A DNA stretch of 64,000 nt from Promethearchaeota archaeon (lineage in GTDB: Archaea > Asgardarchaeota > Lokiarchaeia > Sigyniarchaeales > SOKP01), in NCBI GenBank assembly GCA_048941265.1, contig JBHLNT010000003.1:20701-84700 (forward strand), given 5' to 3'. The position numbers and the translations under genes are program-made. The first letter of the stretch is position 1. Every line of letters begins with the position of its first letter. The notes below the pieces were generated by a model. That model ran no database searches. It was not told where the DNA came from and worked only from the letters and a program-made list of their open reading frames with translations. Shown here in pieces: positions 31,067 to 41,380 of the stretch.

Positions 31067-32572
31067 TTAATAATTATCTCCTACATAAAACTTTCCAGGG
31101 CTCAATATTTTATTGGGGTCTAAAGCCTTCTTAATTGAAATCATAAAATTATAATAGTCTTCTGTTACCGCTCCTGAATCTATTAATGCCCTGCCAATTA
31201 TCTCGCCCATCCAATAGTGAATCCCACCTAATTTTTTTATCTGTGTAATGATTAAATCTTTCCATAAATCATGCTGAATTTTCCTATTTTCAATCTTACT
31301 TGCTATTGCCAATCCTCCAGCGACATCAATATAATTGGGATATACTCCAAATGCTATGAAGTCAGCACCTCCTCCTCCAAGGTCCCCCATTTTCTGAAAA
31401 TTCATTTTTACCCAATTTTCATATACTTCTATAAAATCAGGTAATTGATAAGTAGGACATTTCAAACATGTTCCCATACTAAAAACTAAAGGGCCCAGCC
31501 AAAGCATATGGCCCCATTGCCATCGTCCATCTTCCTCATAAAACCATTTGCCTAAATTCCCCTCCTCTACGGTATCACCTAATTTTTTCACTTCAAGCTC
31601 ATTCGCAACCTTTTCAATCCTTTCAACATTATAATCTAATTGTTTTTGAGTATCTGCGACAGTTGTATAAAACAAAATACTTCCCCTTACCTTAGCTTTA
31701 ACTAAATTCTTAGTAGTCCCCATCGCTTTTAAATTCCTAACCATAGATAAAGGAAAATAAAAAAAATCATGTAAAGGTAATTTTTTTTGTTGCCATCCCA
31801 TCATTAATTGTGCTGTTCTTAGTGGTTCAGACATCTCAGAGGTTTTCCTAATTTCATAGGTACTATATGCGGCATATTCCGGAAGAGGATATAAATTTAA
31901 AGAAGCTTTGGTTTTTATCCCATGAATTCCCACATCTCCTAAAAATAAACCAGAATAATCGGGCCCCAATCCAAATCTTGTAAACGCCTTTTCACAAAAA
32001 GAATTAGCCTTGGCTCCTGTATAGATAATCTCTCCGGTAGGCAATACGACTTCTAAGCCAACACATTGTTCAGTAACATTTCCATACATTGCAGCTCCGC
32101 CACCTCCCACCGTATTATTTGAAAGGCCACCTCCAATGGTTGCAGAAAATCCAGAAGCGGGTCCTGTTGAGCCTGTATAATAGCCAATTCCCACCTTACT
32201 CAACTGTTCGCATAATTCACTCCACGAAATTCCAACCTCAACCGTAACAATTCGATTCTTCTCGTCAACCTCTAAAATTTTATTCATACGAGTCAAATCG
32301 ACTACTATTCCTCCATTTCCGATTGGTTTTGCACCACCCGTTAAATCTGCTCCATTACCTCTAGGTATAACTTTTATTTTAAATTGATTTGCCACTTTTA
32401 GGATCTCAGACACTTCATTTGGAGTTCCAGGTCTCACGACTATATCAGGAATTCCTTGTAAAACCATATCACAATTCATTGAATAAGAATAACAAATTGG
32501 TTCTGAATCAGTAATATGCTTTGTACCGACAATATCCTCAATCATTTCAAACACATTCTGAATTTCGGTCAT
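31067..32572 (-). CDS. FAD-linked oxidase/dehydrogenase, GlcD/D-lactate dehydrogenase-like (copy 1)
   Basis: PRGNG...TGG FAD motif, ATIGG, GLEVVLPTGE, KKALDPNKILSPGK. Confidence 0.85.
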   Translation of the reverse strand: MTEIQNVFEMIEDIVGTKHITDSEPICYSYSMNCDMVLQGIPDIVVRPGTPNEVSEILKVANQFKIKVIPRGNGADLTGGAKPIGNGGIVVDLTRMNKILEVDEKNRIVTVEVGISWSELCEQLSKVGIGYYTGSTGPASGFSATIGGGLSNNTVGGGGAAMYGNVTEQCVGLEVVLPTGEIIYTGAKANSFCEKAFTRFGLGPDYSGLFLGDVGIHGIKTKASLNLYPLPEYAAYSTYEIRKTSEMSEPLRTAQLMMGWQQKKLPLHDFFYFPLSMVRNLKAMGTTKNLVKAKVRGSILFYTTVADTQKQLDYNVERIEKVANELEVKKLGDTVEEGNLGKWFYEEDGRWQWGHMLWLGPLVFSMGTCLKCPTYQLPDFIEVYENWVKMNFQKMGDLGGGGADFIAFGVYPNYIDVAGGLAIASKIENRKIQHDLWKDLIITQIKKLGGIHYWMGEIIGRALIDSGAVTEDYYNFMISIKKALDPNKILSPGKFYVGDNY

Positions 32573-32689
32573 AAATTATCCTATTTTTTCAGATTATTTT
32601 TATAAAATAATTTTTCTATATTTTCTTTTTTTTGAATTTCTATTATAACATTAAACCATTTAAATATATCTAAGGTGATGTAAAAGTTT

Positions 32690-34195
32690 TTAATATTTTT
32701 CCCCTAAATAGAATTTGCCGGGACTTAATATTTTATTGGGATCTAGAGCTTTCTTAATTGAAATCATGAAATTGTAATATTGTTCTGTAAGTGCACCAGA
32801 ATCGATTAAAGTCCTGCCTATAATTTCTCCCATCCAATAATGAATTCCCCCCAATATTTTCATTTGACTAAGGATTAAATCTTTCCATAATTCGTGTTGA
32901 ATTGATCTGTTTTCTATTCTGCTAGCAACTCCAAGACCACCAGCCACATCAATGTAATGTGGATACACCCCAAAAACAATAAAATTGGCACTCCCTCCCC
33001 CAATTTCTCCTAGTATTTTAGAATTTTTTTTTACCCATCCTGTATATACCTCTTCAAAAGCAGGTAATTGATAGGTGGGACATTTTAAGCAAGTAGCTAA
33101 AGTAAAGAGATGGGGCCCCATCCAACTTGCATTTGCCCATTGCCATCTTCCATCTTCCTCGTAGAACCATTTTCCTAAATTCCCTTCTTCAACAGTATCA
33201 CCTAATTTTATTATCTCTGTATCTTTTGCAATCTTTTCAATCCTTCCAACATTAATATCTAATTGTTTTTGAGTATCTGCCACAGCGGTATAAAATAGGA
33301 CACTACCACGCACTTTAGCACTTATTAAATTCTTTACAATTTTTTGCATTTTGAACTGACTTACAAAAGATCGTGGATAATAATAAAAATCATGTAAAGA
33401 TAATTTTTGATCTTGCCATCTCATCATTAAATTTGCTACTCGTTCCGATTCAGACATTTCCGGTGTTTTTTTAATTTCATATGTACTATAGGCAGCATAT
33501 TCAGGAAGCGGATATAGATTTAATGATGCCTTGGTTTTCACTCCATGGATTCCTATATCTCCTAAGAATATCCCTGTATAATCGGCTCCTAATCCAAATC
33601 TCGTAAAAGGTTTCTCGCAAAACGAGTTTGCTTTTGCACCTGTATAAATTATCTCTCCAGTGGGCAATACCACTTCTAATCCCACGCAATGTTCTGTAAC
33701 AGCTCCATACATCGCAGCTCCTCCTCCTCCCACGGTGTTATTTGAGAGTCCGCCTCCAATGGTCGCAGAAAATCCAGAAGCTGGACCAGTTGATCCAGTA
33801 TAATATCCTATTCCTATTTTACTCAGTTGTTCACATAATTCACTCCACGAAATTCCAACTTCAACTGTCACAACTCTATTTTTCTCATCAACATCCAATA
33901 TTTTATTCATGCGAGTTAAGTCTAAGACAATTCCCCCATCTCCAATAGGTTTTGCACCACCAGTTAAATCCGCCCCATTACCACGGGGAATTATCTTTAT
34001 ATTATATTCATTTGCTACTTTTAATATTTGGGATATCTCATCAGAATTACCTGGACGTATAACTATCTCCGGTATCCCTTGTAAAACCATATCGCAATTC
34101 ATCGAATAGGAATAACAAATTGGCTGTGAATCCGATATATATTTTGATCCAACAATAGCTTCAATCTTTTCATAAATCTTTTGAATTTGAGACAT
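32690..34195 (-). CDS. FAD-linked oxidase/dehydrogenase, GlcD/D-lactate dehydrogenase-like (copy 2)
   Basis: Same motifs and length (501 aa) as 31067-32572; tandem duplicate. Confidence 0.85.
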   Translation of the reverse strand: MSQIQKIYEKIEAIVGSKYISDSQPICYSYSMNCDMVLQGIPEIVIRPGNSDEISQILKVANEYNIKIIPRGNGADLTGGAKPIGDGGIVLDLTRMNKILDVDEKNRVVTVEVGISWSELCEQLSKIGIGYYTGSTGPASGFSATIGGGLSNNTVGGGGAAMYGAVTEHCVGLEVVLPTGEIIYTGAKANSFCEKPFTRFGLGADYTGIFLGDIGIHGVKTKASLNLYPLPEYAAYSTYEIKKTPEMSESERVANLMMRWQDQKLSLHDFYYYPRSFVSQFKMQKIVKNLISAKVRGSVLFYTAVADTQKQLDINVGRIEKIAKDTEIIKLGDTVEEGNLGKWFYEEDGRWQWANASWMGPHLFTLATCLKCPTYQLPAFEEVYTGWVKKNSKILGEIGGGSANFIVFGVYPHYIDVAGGLGVASRIENRSIQHELWKDLILSQMKILGGIHYWMGEIIGRTLIDSGALTEQYYNFMISIKKALDPNKILSPGKFYLGEKY

Positions 34196-34604
34196 CTTAG
34201 CTCGATTTGTTTTCTTCGTTGAATATTAATAAAATAGATAAATGCAAATATAAATTTTTTAAATGATCAAAATTAGAAATCCTCTCTGGATTATGTGATG
34301 ATTTTCGATCATCTTATTCAGATTTTCTATGCATATTGGTAACTCACTCTCAGATCCTTTATGATTTGATTGATAATGTAGGAAAGGGATCATTATTCCA
34401 TCTGATCTTTCGGAAAGTGAAAAAAAAGTGGGTTGAAATGTTGGGAAATAGTGATCATTGAAAAGAATTTTATCAAAATTCGACAAAATTGAAGCATAAT
34501 ATTTATATACACTTTTTTACTCTTCATATTTTAACGAATAAAATTCTTGTTCAAATTTGACAAATCTGAAAAAAATATATTTTTATTAAAGAGGTATAAA
34601 AAGA

Positions 34605-37364
34605 ATGGAAGGCTCAGTATTAGTAATTGGTGGAGGAATTGCCGGAATTCAGACTTCCTTAGACTTGACAGAATTAGGATTTAAAGTTTACTTAGTAGAA
34701 AGAGAACCATCGATTGGAGGTCATATGGCCCAATTTGACAAACTATATCCCCAAAATGATTGCAGCTTATGTATTTTAGCACCTAAAATGGTGGCTGTAT
34801 ATAGAAATCCTAATATTAAATTATTAACTCTTTCAGAAGTCAAAAAAGTCTCAGGAAAGGTGGGCAATTTCACTGTTTCTATTATTAAAAATCCTCGGTA
34901 TGTAGATGAAACAAAATGCAAAGGATGCGGAGATTGTGCAGCCAGATGCCCAAAAATTGAAGCTCCTAATGCTTTTGACATGAATCTTGGCAAAAGGAAA
35001 TCCATTTACATGCCATTCCCTCAGGCAACCCCTCCAGTATATATGATTGATCCCGAGTTATGTTTATATATAAATCGAGAAGTGTGTGGTGTCTGTCAAA
35101 AAGTATGTAAGGGAAATGCCATAGACTATAATCAAAAACCTCAAGAAATTAAAATAAATGTTGGTGCTATTGTTGTTGCGACAGGATTTGATATGTTAGG
35201 TGAGGATTTGTCACCAAAATGGGGTTATCAATATAAAAATGTAGTTAATGGTCTGGAATATGAACGAATATTATCTCCCACTGGTCCATTTGGTCCAGCA
35301 ATTTTAAGACCTAGTGATGAGCAAGAACCAAAAAAAATTGCATTTATTCAATGCGCAGGTGCGGGTTACTTAGAAGAAAATGTACCTTATTGTTCCCGGG
35401 TTTGTTGCATGTATATAGCTAAAGATGCAATTCTTACTAGGGAATATGCACAAGATTCTGATGTATTTGTATTTAGACATAATATCAGGGTTTTTGGCAA
35501 GAATTTCTATGAATATACGAAAAAAGCTCAGGACGAATTTAATATAACATATATTCCGTCTAGTATTGATAATATTGAAGAAGATCCTGAGACAAATGAT
35601 TTAATAATTCATTATGAAGATTTGAAAGTTGGAAAATCAAAGGAGTTTCGAACAAATATGGTAATTTTAGGGTCTCCTTTGGTTCCCTCAAAAGGATCTA
35701 GAGAATTAGCTAAAATTTTGGATATTGATTTAGATGACAATGGCTTCTTTAAGGAAAAATCTTATTTTAACAAGTCATTAACTCAAAGGGACGGAATTTA
35801 TATGAGCGGGTCATGTCAATATCCTATGAATATATCCGAAACCGTCTCAGATGCTAGTGCTGTGGCATCCCAAGTTGCTACGTTATTAAAACCTACAAAA
35901 TATTCTCTAACAAAGGAAAGAGAAATCGATATATTACCTAAAGAAGATATTATTGAAATTACGCCTCGAGCACTAATAATCGGTGGAGGTATCTCTGGTA
36001 TGACAGCTGCCTTAAACATTTCGAATCAGGGTTTTGAGACAATAATCGTAGAAAAAGAAAAAGAGTTAGGTGGAAATTTGAATCATATCAACATATTATA
36101 TCCTATTCAACAAGAGGCTTCAAAGTTTTTAAATAATTTAAAGGACGATATTCAAAAAAATAATAACATTCGAATTTTCTTAGATTCAAAAATTGCTAAA
36201 ATTAACGGAACAATCGGTAATTATGAAATCTCAATTGCCAAATCCAATAATGAAATTCATGACTTTAAAGTAGGTATTATTATTGTGGCCACTGGAGGAA
36301 AAGAATTCAAACCACGAGGACTTTATTTATACGACGAGAAGAATACAAATATACTGACACAGATGGACCTAGAAAAAAGACTAAAAAGTAAGGATAAATC
36401 TTGGCTAGATAAAATCAGACATGTGACTACGATTATGTGCGTAGGAGCTAGGCAAAAAGATGGATATTCATATTGTTCCAATGTGTGCTGCAGTAATACA
36501 GTAAAAAATGTTGATATCTTAAAGAAATTAAAGCCTGAGATAGAAAATATTGTCCTATTCAGGGAATTACATCTCTCGAAAAAGGAATTCGAAGAATTTG
36601 CCAGTAAAAGGAAAGAGATTGCAAATTATTTAAAGTTTGATATTGGAAACAAACCCGAGATTTCAAAAATTCAAGAAGATCCAGAAAAATATGAAATAAA
36701 ATTGCGTGATTATGTTAATCGAAACAAAAATATTACGTTTGAAACAGATTTAATTGTATTATCAACTCCAATGATTCCACCTGATGATTTACAAGAATTA
36801 GCTGGTATGCTGCAAGTCCCATTGGATGATAATGGATTTTTTATAGAAGCTCATAATAAACTAAGACCATTAGATTTTGCAGCACACGGAATTTTCATAT
36901 GTGGATGTGCACAATGGCCAAAAAATGTACAAGACTCAATTGCAGAAGCTAATGGCGCTGCAGGGAGGGCAAGCAGATTTTTAAGCGCTCGTGAGATTTC
37001 TTCGACAAAATTAGAATTGCTTTCATTTATGCTATCAATAGAATGCTTTTTCAAGGATATGAAAGTAAATGTGGAAAAATGCAATGGCTGTGGAAGATGT
37101 GAAGAAGTATGCCAATTTAAAGCTATAACTTTAACTGAAGTAAAACAGGAGTTTGAGGATGTATCGGTACCAACTAAAAAAGCATTTATTAATCCGGCAA
37201 TATGTAAAGGGTGTGGAAGATGTGCTGCAACCTGTCGTTTGAAGGCAATTAATCCAAGGCATTATGACTTTAAACAAATTTCGGCGATAATTGATCCTTA
37301 TTTTTTAGGAAAGGCTCAAAGCGAGAAAATTGAGAAAAAATCAGAAGTAATCGTTAGCGATTAA
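34605..37364 (+). CDS. hdrA: HdrA-like flavoprotein, paralog of 26263 lacking the internal CHCG domain
   Basis: Colinear with 26263-29343 but jumps from KEREIDILP to EITPRALIIGGG; two FAD motifs, C-terminal ferredoxin. Confidence 0.85.
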   Translation: MEGSVLVIGGGIAGIQTSLDLTELGFKVYLVEREPSIGGHMAQFDKLYPQNDCSLCILAPKMVAVYRNPNIKLLTLSEVKKVSGKVGNFTVSIIKNPRYVDETKCKGCGDCAARCPKIEAPNAFDMNLGKRKSIYMPFPQATPPVYMIDPELCLYINREVCGVCQKVCKGNAIDYNQKPQEIKINVGAIVVATGFDMLGEDLSPKWGYQYKNVVNGLEYERILSPTGPFGPAILRPSDEQEPKKIAFIQCAGAGYLEENVPYCSRVCCMYIAKDAILTREYAQDSDVFVFRHNIRVFGKNFYEYTKKAQDEFNITYIPSSIDNIEEDPETNDLIIHYEDLKVGKSKEFRTNMVILGSPLVPSKGSRELAKILDIDLDDNGFFKEKSYFNKSLTQRDGIYMSGSCQYPMNISETVSDASAVASQVATLLKPTKYSLTKEREIDILPKEDIIEITPRALIIGGGISGMTAALNISNQGFETIIVEKEKELGGNLNHINILYPIQQEASKFLNNLKDDIQKNNNIRIFLDSKIAKINGTIGNYEISIAKSNNEIHDFKVGIIIVATGGKEFKPRGLYLYDEKNTNILTQMDLEKRLKSKDKSWLDKIRHVTTIMCVGARQKDGYSYCSNVCCSNTVKNVDILKKLKPEIENIVLFRELHLSKKEFEEFASKRKEIANYLKFDIGNKPEISKIQEDPEKYEIKLRDYVNRNKNITFETDLIVLSTPMIPPDDLQELAGMLQVPLDDNGFFIEAHNKLRPLDFAAHGIFICGCAQWPKNVQDSIAEANGAAGRASRFLSAREISSTKLELLSFMLSIECFFKDMKVNVEKCNGCGRCEEVCQFKAITLTEVKQEFEDVSVPTKKAFINPAICKGCGRCAATCRLKAINPRHYDFKQISAIIDPYFLGKAQSEKIEKKSEVIVSD

Positions 37365-37519
37365 TAATTTTTCTTTTTCTTGACTTGTATTTTTTTCGAT
37401 TGATAAAAAAAATAAAAATTTGTTATTTAAAATATTAACTATCAGTAATATTAAATCATAAGAACTTAAATTTTCGGCTGATAATATGAAATATAAGATG
37501 GCTATTTTCTTTTGGCAAT

Positions 37520-38650
37520 TTACATTGTTATAAGTTCTCCAAAAGAAATACCTCCGATTTTTGGAGCCGCTTTGGGAACATTTTCTCTAACTTTTATCAT
37601 CTTAATTGCATCCTTAGGACAATTTGCCGCGCATATTCCGCATCCGATACATAATTCTTCCCTAATAACCATCTGTTCATCAGAGGAATCTGATTCTTTA
37701 GGCCATTTGTGATATATTGCTTTACCGGGGCATTTACGCATGCAAGTCTCACATTTCACACATATTTCCATATCAATTATAGGCTGGTAATTAGATTGAC
37801 TTGAGCCTTTAACATGCATTAATCTTGCGGGATATAACGCACCACAATGACAACTGCAACAATTACAAATAAAAATACTATTTTCTGAACTCCCAGAGGT
37901 AGCATTATGTACTAGTCCCGCCTTCTCAGTGTCTTTGAGGAATTGAATTGCTTCTTCTTTTGTCATAACACGAGCCTCATCACACATTTGGGGAATCATT
38001 TGAGCTGCAATCCCTACTAAAAAGCACCCCATTTCCGCAGGGGCACATTCACAGGGTTCTCCAGTTAATTCACCTATTAAGCGACATTGACATGGTATTA
38101 CTGCAAAATGTTCGTTTTTATCAATCATGTCTTTAACTAACTCATAAGGGAGGGCTTGTGATTCATAATCTAAGGATTCATTAATTTGAATTAATTTCTC
38201 TTTCGCTTCATATGGAAGTAAAGGTCTGAATACATGTTGAGTTTCTCTTTCTACAACTTCTTGGGTACTTACTTCCTTCATAATATCACGATATAATCTC
38301 GCTGCCTTTTTCTGATTTTCCTCAGTGTCTTTACGTATAATAAAATATTTCTCAAAAATACCTGGTAAAATAGGTATTAAACTATATCTGGAGCCTTTTT
38401 TAGCTAAAGTTCCATTTTTAACCGATCTAGCTAATTTGTTTCTGATTTCCTCTTTGGACATATTTGTTTTTTCCGATAATTCTCTGGTTGTAATGAACTT
38501 TCCAACTTTATCAAAATGTGACAATATCTTAATCTCATCTTCATCCCAGAATACTTTCATCAAATGAATTATCTTCTTATGTTTTGCAGCATAAATAGGT
38601 CCTAATTCTAAATTCTGTCTGACTTGCTCATAATAATTAACTTCTGTCAT
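37520..38650 (-). CDS. 4Fe-4S dicluster protein with N-terminal HTH-like region
   Basis: CQCR...C...C, GLVH, ICNCCSCHC, two C-terminal CxxCxxCxxxCP; ATG MTEV start preferred over TTG 38674. Confidence 0.8.
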   Translation of the reverse strand: MTEVNYYEQVRQNLELGPIYAAKHKKIIHLMKVFWDEDEIKILSHFDKVGKFITTRELSEKTNMSKEEIRNKLARSVKNGTLAKKGSRYSLIPILPGIFEKYFIIRKDTEENQKKAARLYRDIMKEVSTQEVVERETQHVFRPLLPYEAKEKLIQINESLDYESQALPYELVKDMIDKNEHFAVIPCQCRLIGELTGEPCECAPAEMGCFLVGIAAQMIPQMCDEARVMTKEEAIQFLKDTEKAGLVHNATSGSSENSIFICNCCSCHCGALYPARLMHVKGSSQSNYQPIIDMEICVKCETCMRKCPGKAIYHKWPKESDSSDEQMVIREELCIGCGICAANCPKDAIKMIKVRENVPKAAPKIGGISFGELITM

Positions 38651-38759
38651 AATTATAAATGATTGTAAATTCAATAAAAATTTATTGAAGATAATAATTC
38701 TTGTACGAAATTAATAATATAGGATTTATGAAAGCAAAAAGAATTAGTTACAATATTTA

Positions 38760-38806
38760 AAGTTTAGCTATGCAAACTCTAAGAATGTTTTATTTCCTAT
38801 AATATT
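38760..38806 (-). repeat. Imperfect ~47-bp repeat copy 1 (minus strand reads NIIGNKTFLEFA*)
   Basis: AAGTTTAGCTATGCAAACTCTAAGAATGTTTTATTTCCTATAATATT matches 39764-39810. Confidence 0.7.
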
Positions 38807-38930
38807 TTCCTAATAATTTAATTGTAAGCAATCTATGGAGTTAGAGTTCCTTTTTAAAAAAGATTATATGCAATTAATTTAACTATATTTTAAAAATAAT
38901 AAAAATTTAAACCTCGAGGAGACAGATTTA

Positions 38931-39644
38931 ATGATATTACAAGACGTAAGATTCATTGGAGTTTTCACTGCTTTTAGTATTATCATATTTGCGTTTTTAT
39001 TTATGGCATACAAAATTCTACATAGAGATAAAAAAAGGTTAAATATAATCTTTACTGGATTCTTCTTTTCGGTATCAATTGGATTGATTCTTAACTTAAT
39101 TTATTACCCACTCAGAGATAAAACAGTAGTTACAGTATTGAATACAGGTACAAATGCATTTGTTATATTCGGAATAATTTTCTTAGTAGTTATGGAATTG
39201 ATAATATTAAAATCGGAAAAGGTTATAACTCCTAATAAGCAAATTTTAATAATTTTAATATATGGCGCATTAGATTCAGTACTGTTTATATTTTTAGCTA
39301 TACCTGGTTGGGGTGTAACTATTAATGATAGTACGGATTGGAGACCACTTTGGTCATTACCTTACTTTATTTATGCTATTACAATCTTTGGTATCGCTGT
39401 AATATTAATGCTTTATTACTCAGTGTTGATTGATAAACAATTTAAAGAGCCTCAATTGAAAAGGAGATGGAAATTTTTCCAATTAGGATTAGTTCTTCTT
39501 CTCTGCTTTACATACGGAGTTTTTATTTCAAATTATTTAGATATACTGATTATAAGAAACATAGTGAGCCTTTCAGGTATATTGTTGGCAGTAGTGGGCG
39601 GATATCTAATCTACTATGGGGTAGGACGACAATTAGAGAAGTAA
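38931..39644 (+). CDS. Polytopic (about 7 TM) membrane protein
   Basis: About seven hydrophobic segments; P.WS motif; related in style to the N-terminal region of 47568-48644. Confidence 0.75.
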   Translation: MILQDVRFIGVFTAFSIIIFAFLFMAYKILHRDKKRLNIIFTGFFFSVSIGLILNLIYYPLRDKTVVTVLNTGTNAFVIFGIIFLVVMELIILKSEKVITPNKQILIILIYGALDSVLFIFLAIPGWGVTINDSTDWRPLWSLPYFIYAITIFGIAVILMLYYSVLIDKQFKEPQLKRRWKFFQLGLVLLLCFTYGVFISNYLDILIIRNIVSLSGILLAVVGGYLIYYGVGRQLEK

Positions 39645-39763
39645 ATAACACCTTAATTTTTGTTTCTTTTTTTATTCTTGTTCATTTAATATCAATCTTA
39701 TGATTTTAGGATTTAAAAAAAATAGGATTGATGAAAAAAGAAAGATATGTATATAAATTGTAA

Positions 39764-39810
39764 AAGTTTGGTTATGCAAATTCCAGAAATGTTTTATTCC
39801 CTATTAGATT
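39764..39810 (-). repeat. Imperfect ~47-bp repeat copy 2 (minus strand reads NLIGNKTFLEFA*)
   Basis: AAGTTTGGTTATGCAAATTCCAGAAATGTTTTATTCCCTATTAGATT. Confidence 0.7.
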
Positions 39811-39933
39811 CTTATTGGGAGGTTTAATATCTCTTACGCACGCGTCAAAAGACCTATAAAAGGATTAAAATAATTACCTATTTATTACATAATAACCTAT
39901 TAAAATAAAATAATTAGAAAAAAGGGTTTAAAA

Positions 39934-41022
39934 ATGAAGGCATTAATAGTATATGGTAGTCCTCGCCATAAGAAATCTGCATCATATCATATTGGAGATA
40001 ATTTTGTGAAAGGATTGAGAAGAGCGGGAGTTCAAGTTGACGAGATTATGCTCTCTAAACAAAAAATCCATCATTGCATCGGATGCTGGACATGCTGGAC
40101 AAAAACACCTGGAGTGTGTATATTTAAGGATGATATGGCCGAGAATTTACCTAAAATGAAACAAGCAAACCTGATTGTGTTTGCAACCCCTCTCTATGTA
40201 TATAATGTTACTGGTCTGGTAAAAAACTTTTTAGATCGTCAAATGCCATTATTAGATCCTCATTTAGTTGAAAAAGGTGGAGTCACAGGGCATCCCAGAC
40301 CCGGAACGGTGGAAGATCAAAAGATCTTTCTAATTAGCGTCGCAGGATTTCCAGAAGTGTCCCATTTTGATGCTTTAATTTCTATGTTCAAAAAAATGTA
40401 TAGAGGAGGGAAATACGTTGGTGAAATTCTAATTCCTGGATCCGAACCGATGAGTATGGATGATTTGCAGGAGGAATATCAAGATCTATATAAACTAATC
40501 GAACAGGCAGGATTTGAAGTAGGAAAAGATGGGGAAATCTCGAAAGAAACTCGTAAAGCAATTAAAGATAAAACCACATATACTGCCGAGGAATTAAAAA
40601 CTTTTCGGGAAATGGCAAACCAATACTGGGATTCAGTGATACCAAAAGATTACAGTCAAATTAAATTGGAAATATTGGACTCTGAACCATTGACCGCAAC
40701 TGAAGGCGATCCATCAGAATTATCAGTCTTTTTTGTTAAAATGGCAGAAATTTACAACCCTAAAGCTATTCCAGGGCTTAAAGCTGTAATGCAATTTAAT
40801 ATTGATAATGAAGCTTATTATCTTATTATAGATGATGCTGAATGTAAAGCTTATAAAGGTTCATATTCCGAGCCAACATTTACTATAATATCACCAAAAG
40901 ATATTTGGATGAAAATCACCTCAGGAGAACTTAGTGGAGCAAAAGCTTTTATGCAAAGAATGTATGAAGTGAAAGGTGATATGAAATTATTAATGAAAAT
41001 GAATCAGATGTTCTCTAGATAA
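39934..41022 (+). CDS. Iron-sulfur flavoprotein/NADPH-FMN reductase-like domain fused to SCP2 sterol-carrier domain
   Basis: GSPR, CIGCWTCW....GVC..KDDM, ATPLY; C-terminal GEL.GAKAFM...V.GDM SCP2 motif. Confidence 0.85.
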   Translation: MKALIVYGSPRHKKSASYHIGDNFVKGLRRAGVQVDEIMLSKQKIHHCIGCWTCWTKTPGVCIFKDDMAENLPKMKQANLIVFATPLYVYNVTGLVKNFLDRQMPLLDPHLVEKGGVTGHPRPGTVEDQKIFLISVAGFPEVSHFDALISMFKKMYRGGKYVGEILIPGSEPMSMDDLQEEYQDLYKLIEQAGFEVGKDGEISKETRKAIKDKTTYTAEELKTFREMANQYWDSVIPKDYSQIKLEILDSEPLTATEGDPSELSVFFVKMAEIYNPKAIPGLKAVMQFNIDNEAYYLIIDDAECKAYKGSYSEPTFTIISPKDIWMKITSGELSGAKAFMQRMYEVKGDMKLLMKMNQMFSR

Positions 41023-41035
41023 AAGAATTTTTTAT

Positions 41036-41215
41036 TTAGAAGGGATAATCATATAAAGCCAAATCATCGATTGGTATTGGATAAAAAGTTCCACAATCAA
41101 TACATCGAAAGATGAATTCCTCCTCTGTTTCATCCCAATATTCTATTCTTACACTGTCGCATATTTCACACTCTTTAGGAACTCGTGCTAAAACATCTTT
41201 CGTTATTTTTCCCAT
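41036..41215 (-). CDS. Small zinc-ribbon protein, 59 aa (not in track)
   Basis: MGKITKDVLARVPKECEICDSVRIEYWDETEEEFIFRCIDCGTFYPIPIDDLALYDYPF; two CxxC. Confidence 0.7.
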   Translation of the reverse strand: MGKITKDVLARVPKECEICDSVRIEYWDETEEEFIFRCIDCGTFYPIPIDDLALYDYPF

Positions 41216-41380
41216 CTAATTATCGCATATTTTTTTATTTTTAACTCGTACAATTTTGTTAATGAACTTACATTATTTAGTATCATAAATATACTTATAA
41301 AAATTATGATCAATTTTTTAGTCAAATTCCTTAAGCAGACCAGAAAAAGTAAAAACAATTGGCAATCGTTTTTTCAAGGA

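Noticed and set aside
34259-34486. 75-aa TTG ORF between divergent genes
   Set aside because: No recognisable motif or SD; lies in a probable divergent promoter region.
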